From: a virus
Lineage: Duplodnaviria; Caudoviricetes
Length of the DNA stretch: 25,482 bases
Direction: 5' to 3' (one strand)
IMG/VR virus record: IMGVR_UViG_3300032272_000066
Coordinates: 1 to 25,482 of that record
Shown here: one piece after another, positions 24,101-25,482 of the stretch
Numbering within the stretch: the first letter of the stretch is position 1
How the letters are laid out: each line of letters begins with the position of its first letter
The notes under the pieces: generated by a model
Told to the model about the DNA's origin: nothing
The model's input: the letters and a program-made list of their open reading frames with translations, nothing else
Databases searched by the model: none
Made by a program: the position numbers and the translations under genes

Positions 24101-25285
24101 TTCAACAAAGAGCAATTAGAACGTGAAAAAGGAAATCAACAACTCCTTATTAATGAACTTCAAAAAATATTATCAAACGCAGAGTTTGAAGGTTTTAATA
24201 TTGAGTTACTAAGTGATGAGCAGCTTAAAGCTATTAAAGATCGTCTAGCATCTTTAGGCTTTTCAATATCAGAAATTAATGTGCTACTTGCTAAAATGCA
24301 AGGAAAAGATGGTGACGAATTAGGTTTTGCAGATGGTGGAGCTGTAGACGTGTTAGGGTTTACGCAAGAGCAATGGGAGCAGATCTTTGCAAACACAGAT
24401 TTACTATCAACCAAAATAGCTCAAATAGGATCCATTTTACAAGCATCAGCACAAGCTTACAGCATGTATGATAAGTTTGTGTCATCATCAGAAAATAAAA
24501 GGCTTCAAAAACTTGAGAGAGAAACTCAAAAAGGTGTAGAAAAACAAAAAAGATTATTAGACAATGGGCTTATTACTAAAAAACAGCACGATGATGCTGT
24601 TAAAGCCATGGAAGATAAGCTTAACAAGAAAAAAGCCGAAACAGAATACAAGCAAGCTAAGCGTCAAAAACAAATTAATATTGCTACTATTCTTGGTAAT
24701 CAAGCTGTGGCGGTTTCAAAGGCGCTGGCTCAAGGTGGTTTTGTTCTAGGTTTGCCTTGGGCTGGTATTGTTGCGGCATTAGCAGGGATCCAATTAGCTA
24801 TGGCTGTTGCGCAACCACTACCTGCTAAAGGGTTTGAATCTGGTTACTACAATAAATTTCCAGTTCAAAGAGAACAAGACGGTAAAGTTTTTAATGCGGC
24901 TTTTGGAGGTGATTCCAGAAGCGGCATTGTAGATAAGCCAACAGTCTTTTTGGCTGGAGAAGGTGGTAAAAACTTTCCAGAAATGATAATAGATGGTCGT
25001 ACACTTAAACAGTTTGATCCTGAACTAAAAAACAGATTGTACAACGAGCTCTCAAGAGTTAGGGGATTTGAAACTGGTTTCTATAAAGAAAACACCAATC
25101 AAAGTACTAACAGTGGTTTTGACGCTGGATTATTAAACGAGACATTAACCAGGACAAATCAATTGCTTAACACATTAGAAAAAGAAGGTGTCATCGCATA
25201 TATATCTAAACGCCCAAAAGACATTAAGAACATTAGTGAAGAAATTGACAAGCATAAAACCAGAATTAAAAAAAACGAATTATAA
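21143..25285 (+). CDS. Phage tail tape measure protein (TP901-type core)
   Basis: 1380 aa, Ala/Lys/Glu-rich helical; LSDAQSDVQKTTG..ELAEEAGRLG core, hydrophobic central segments, C-terminal GFESG..PTVFLAGEGG..PEMII. Confidence 0.93.
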   Translation: MAKRIVDEDLRFNVIINGNEAQSQLYKLEQRNRSLTDANKNLRAERSKLEAQGKKNSKAWKQLSTQITANNKELKQNRSEMRRLQDEIGITGLTLRQLGKKASFLRLQLANMLPNDPNRKKLKADLIAINRQMDKMSVKASMAQSGISKLAMGFNKYFALGASVIATGAGIVLSLQKMIDYNGKLSDAQSDVQKTTGLTKKEVDELTKSFGALKTRTARVELLELAEEAGRLGIEGAKNVQDFVNTANELKVALGDDLSTEQIREVGKMAKVYGVAAKNNLTYAESFQAIGSAINEVSASGENQAGFLVDYLKRTAGISKQANISAEQNIGFAATFDEIGTSVEIAGTAMNKVLLDMFENSKEYAKIAGMSEKAFNTLLQSDANEAVIKFLEGLNKGGEGLAPMVKRLDEIDVGGTRGKAALTALAGATDLLRTKQLLAADALKLNISLTDEYKLKNNNLAASIKKIQKRLIGTFTSERVVKGLTNFVEWFAKFIGASEDADGKVTRFRNRLVNLLKTIIIITAAVLAYRTATKLTALWTNNAYQATKLYNLILKITSVTTNVLKGGTLLLKAAYYLVTGQIKKAAAAMRLFNMITKLSPIGLILGLVAALGTAYLLFSENSKKAYSAQKQMNDAIKDANIQTAAEENALRQLLKVAQDETRTKQERQKAIDELNKKVPEYNNNLSLEAINTKEASKQLDTYIEKIKAAAREKFFKSLVDKKAEELAAAEASSLEDNLNWWDKTVVTVKSFGSLSLQAVNSTQRALKNQAETVAKLNQELENANKNYQKQKELNGDSGSKPDGPNEGDTQVINGITFIFKNGKWKALKPIGGGGSGGNKKKITQAKKEAEALLKLQRDTEDNRIALINDAFEREMKQAEANHRRKIEDLKAKLISQSEIDKATNAGNTDLAAIYTKQNSEIQAQILQQEQLHQQSLNKILDSGIQDHINKQIKQFNREQQERLTAHNNELAALGENEEAKKELSDKFNKEQLEREKGNQQLLINELQKILSNAEFEGFNIELLSDEQLKAIKDRLASLGFSISEINVLLAKMQGKDGDELGFADGGAVDVLGFTQEQWEQIFANTDLLSTKIAQIGSILQASAQAYSMYDKFVSSSENKRLQKLERETQKGVEKQKRLLDNGLITKKQHDDAVKAMEDKLNKKKAETEYKQAKRQKQINIATILGNQAVAVSKALAQGGFVLGLPWAGIVAALAGIQLAMAVAQPLPAKGFESGYYNKFPVQREQDGKVFNAAFGGDSRSGIVDKPTVFLAGEGGKNFPEMIIDGRTLKQFDPELKNRLYNELSRVRGFETGFYKENTNQSTNSGFDAGLLNETLTRTNQLLNTLEKEGVIAYISKRPKDIKNISEEIDKHKTRIKKNEL

Positions 25286-25482
25286 TGGCATATAGTAAAT
25301 ATACAACCGAAGTCGTCTTTGCAGATCATAACTTAAATGTGATATGTAACACCATCTTAAATGCGTTGGAAACCGAGTTTGATAAAGTAGATGTTGATAC
25401 AGATTTCGGTATTACTGGAACAGTTGCAAAAATTATTCAAGCAGATCCTTTAGTTGCAGTAAAAGGCATTGCCTTTGCCACA
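25285..25482 (+). CDS. 5' part of the next tail-associated gene (3' partial)
   Basis: TAATG overlap with the TMP stop; frame open to window end (MAYSKYTTEVVFADHNLNVIC...). Confidence 0.75.
   Translation, partial: MAYSKYTTEVVFADHNLNVICNTILNALETEFDKVDVDTDFGITGTVAKIIQADPLVAVKGIAFAT

Larger units (their letters stand above)
1..25482 (+). mobile_element. Tailed dsDNA phage/prophage lysis, head, packaging and tail region (probably siphovirus-type, Flavobacteriaceae host)
   Basis: Endolysin, spanin-like protein, S49 protease, capsid, TerL, portal and tape measure are co-oriented. No sheath gene recognised. No host housekeeping genes, integrase or att sites in the window, so free phage versus prophage cannot be decided. 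Confidence 0.95.

Noticed and set aside
1322-24749. Shadow ORFs in the track (1322-1528, 2454-2855, 5841-6023, 6224-6421, 7401-7628, 8876-9136, 12397-12639, 15167-15418, 15912-16172, 16815-17057, 19952-20143, 20785-20970, 22072-22515, 24160-24414, 24564-24749)
   Set aside because: They are antisense or out-of-frame to well-supported genes, have the Ser/Phe/Leu-rich composition typical of reverse frames, and carry no motifs.
3166-25482. Gene transfer agent or tailocin interpretation
   Set aside because: Morons, an anti-restriction island, a C4-like switch and a full head/packaging set fit a genuine temperate phage. Replication and integration genes may simply lie outside the window.
1-25482. 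tRNA/rRNA genes, introns, inteins, diversity-generating retroelement
   Set aside because: No cloverleaf, reverse transcriptase motif, intein motif or long TR/VR repeat pair seen by eye. tRNAscan and a self-dotplot would be needed to exclude them formally.

Overview
This AT-rich window is a segment of a tailed dsDNA (pro)phage, most likely infecting a Flavobacteriaceae/Bacteroidota host. The host call rests on TAnnTTTG-type -7 promoter boxes, a T9SS-like C-terminal domain and few Shine-Dalgarno sites. It opens with the 3' end of a glucose/sorbosone-dehydrogenase-like beta-propeller gene, then a lysis cassette: holin-like gene, signal-anchored amidase, two DUF6527-like Cys/His proteins, a membrane protein and a u-spanin-like lipoprotein. 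Next come the S49 prohead protease, major capsid protein, a second structural protein, a PLD-family nuclease and the terminase genes. A 4-gene minus-strand island (ArdC-like protein, truncated HsdM-like protein) sits next to a structured non-coding region that may be the packaging site. The window ends with portal, head-tail/tail genes, a moron region and a 1380-aa tape measure. The main signals missed by the ORF track are: (i) a secreted-peptide / 4-TM membrane protein / small cytoplasmic protein cassette, a candidate phage peptide-communication system; (ii) a promoter motif TCACGTCACAATT-N16/17-TTWMHWTTG found four times, once before each structural operon; (iii) a C4-like target/antisense/target RNA switch; (iv) an unannotated 56-aa HTH-like gene that shares an operator with the minus-strand island. 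All family names come from motif recognition by eye, not from database searches.
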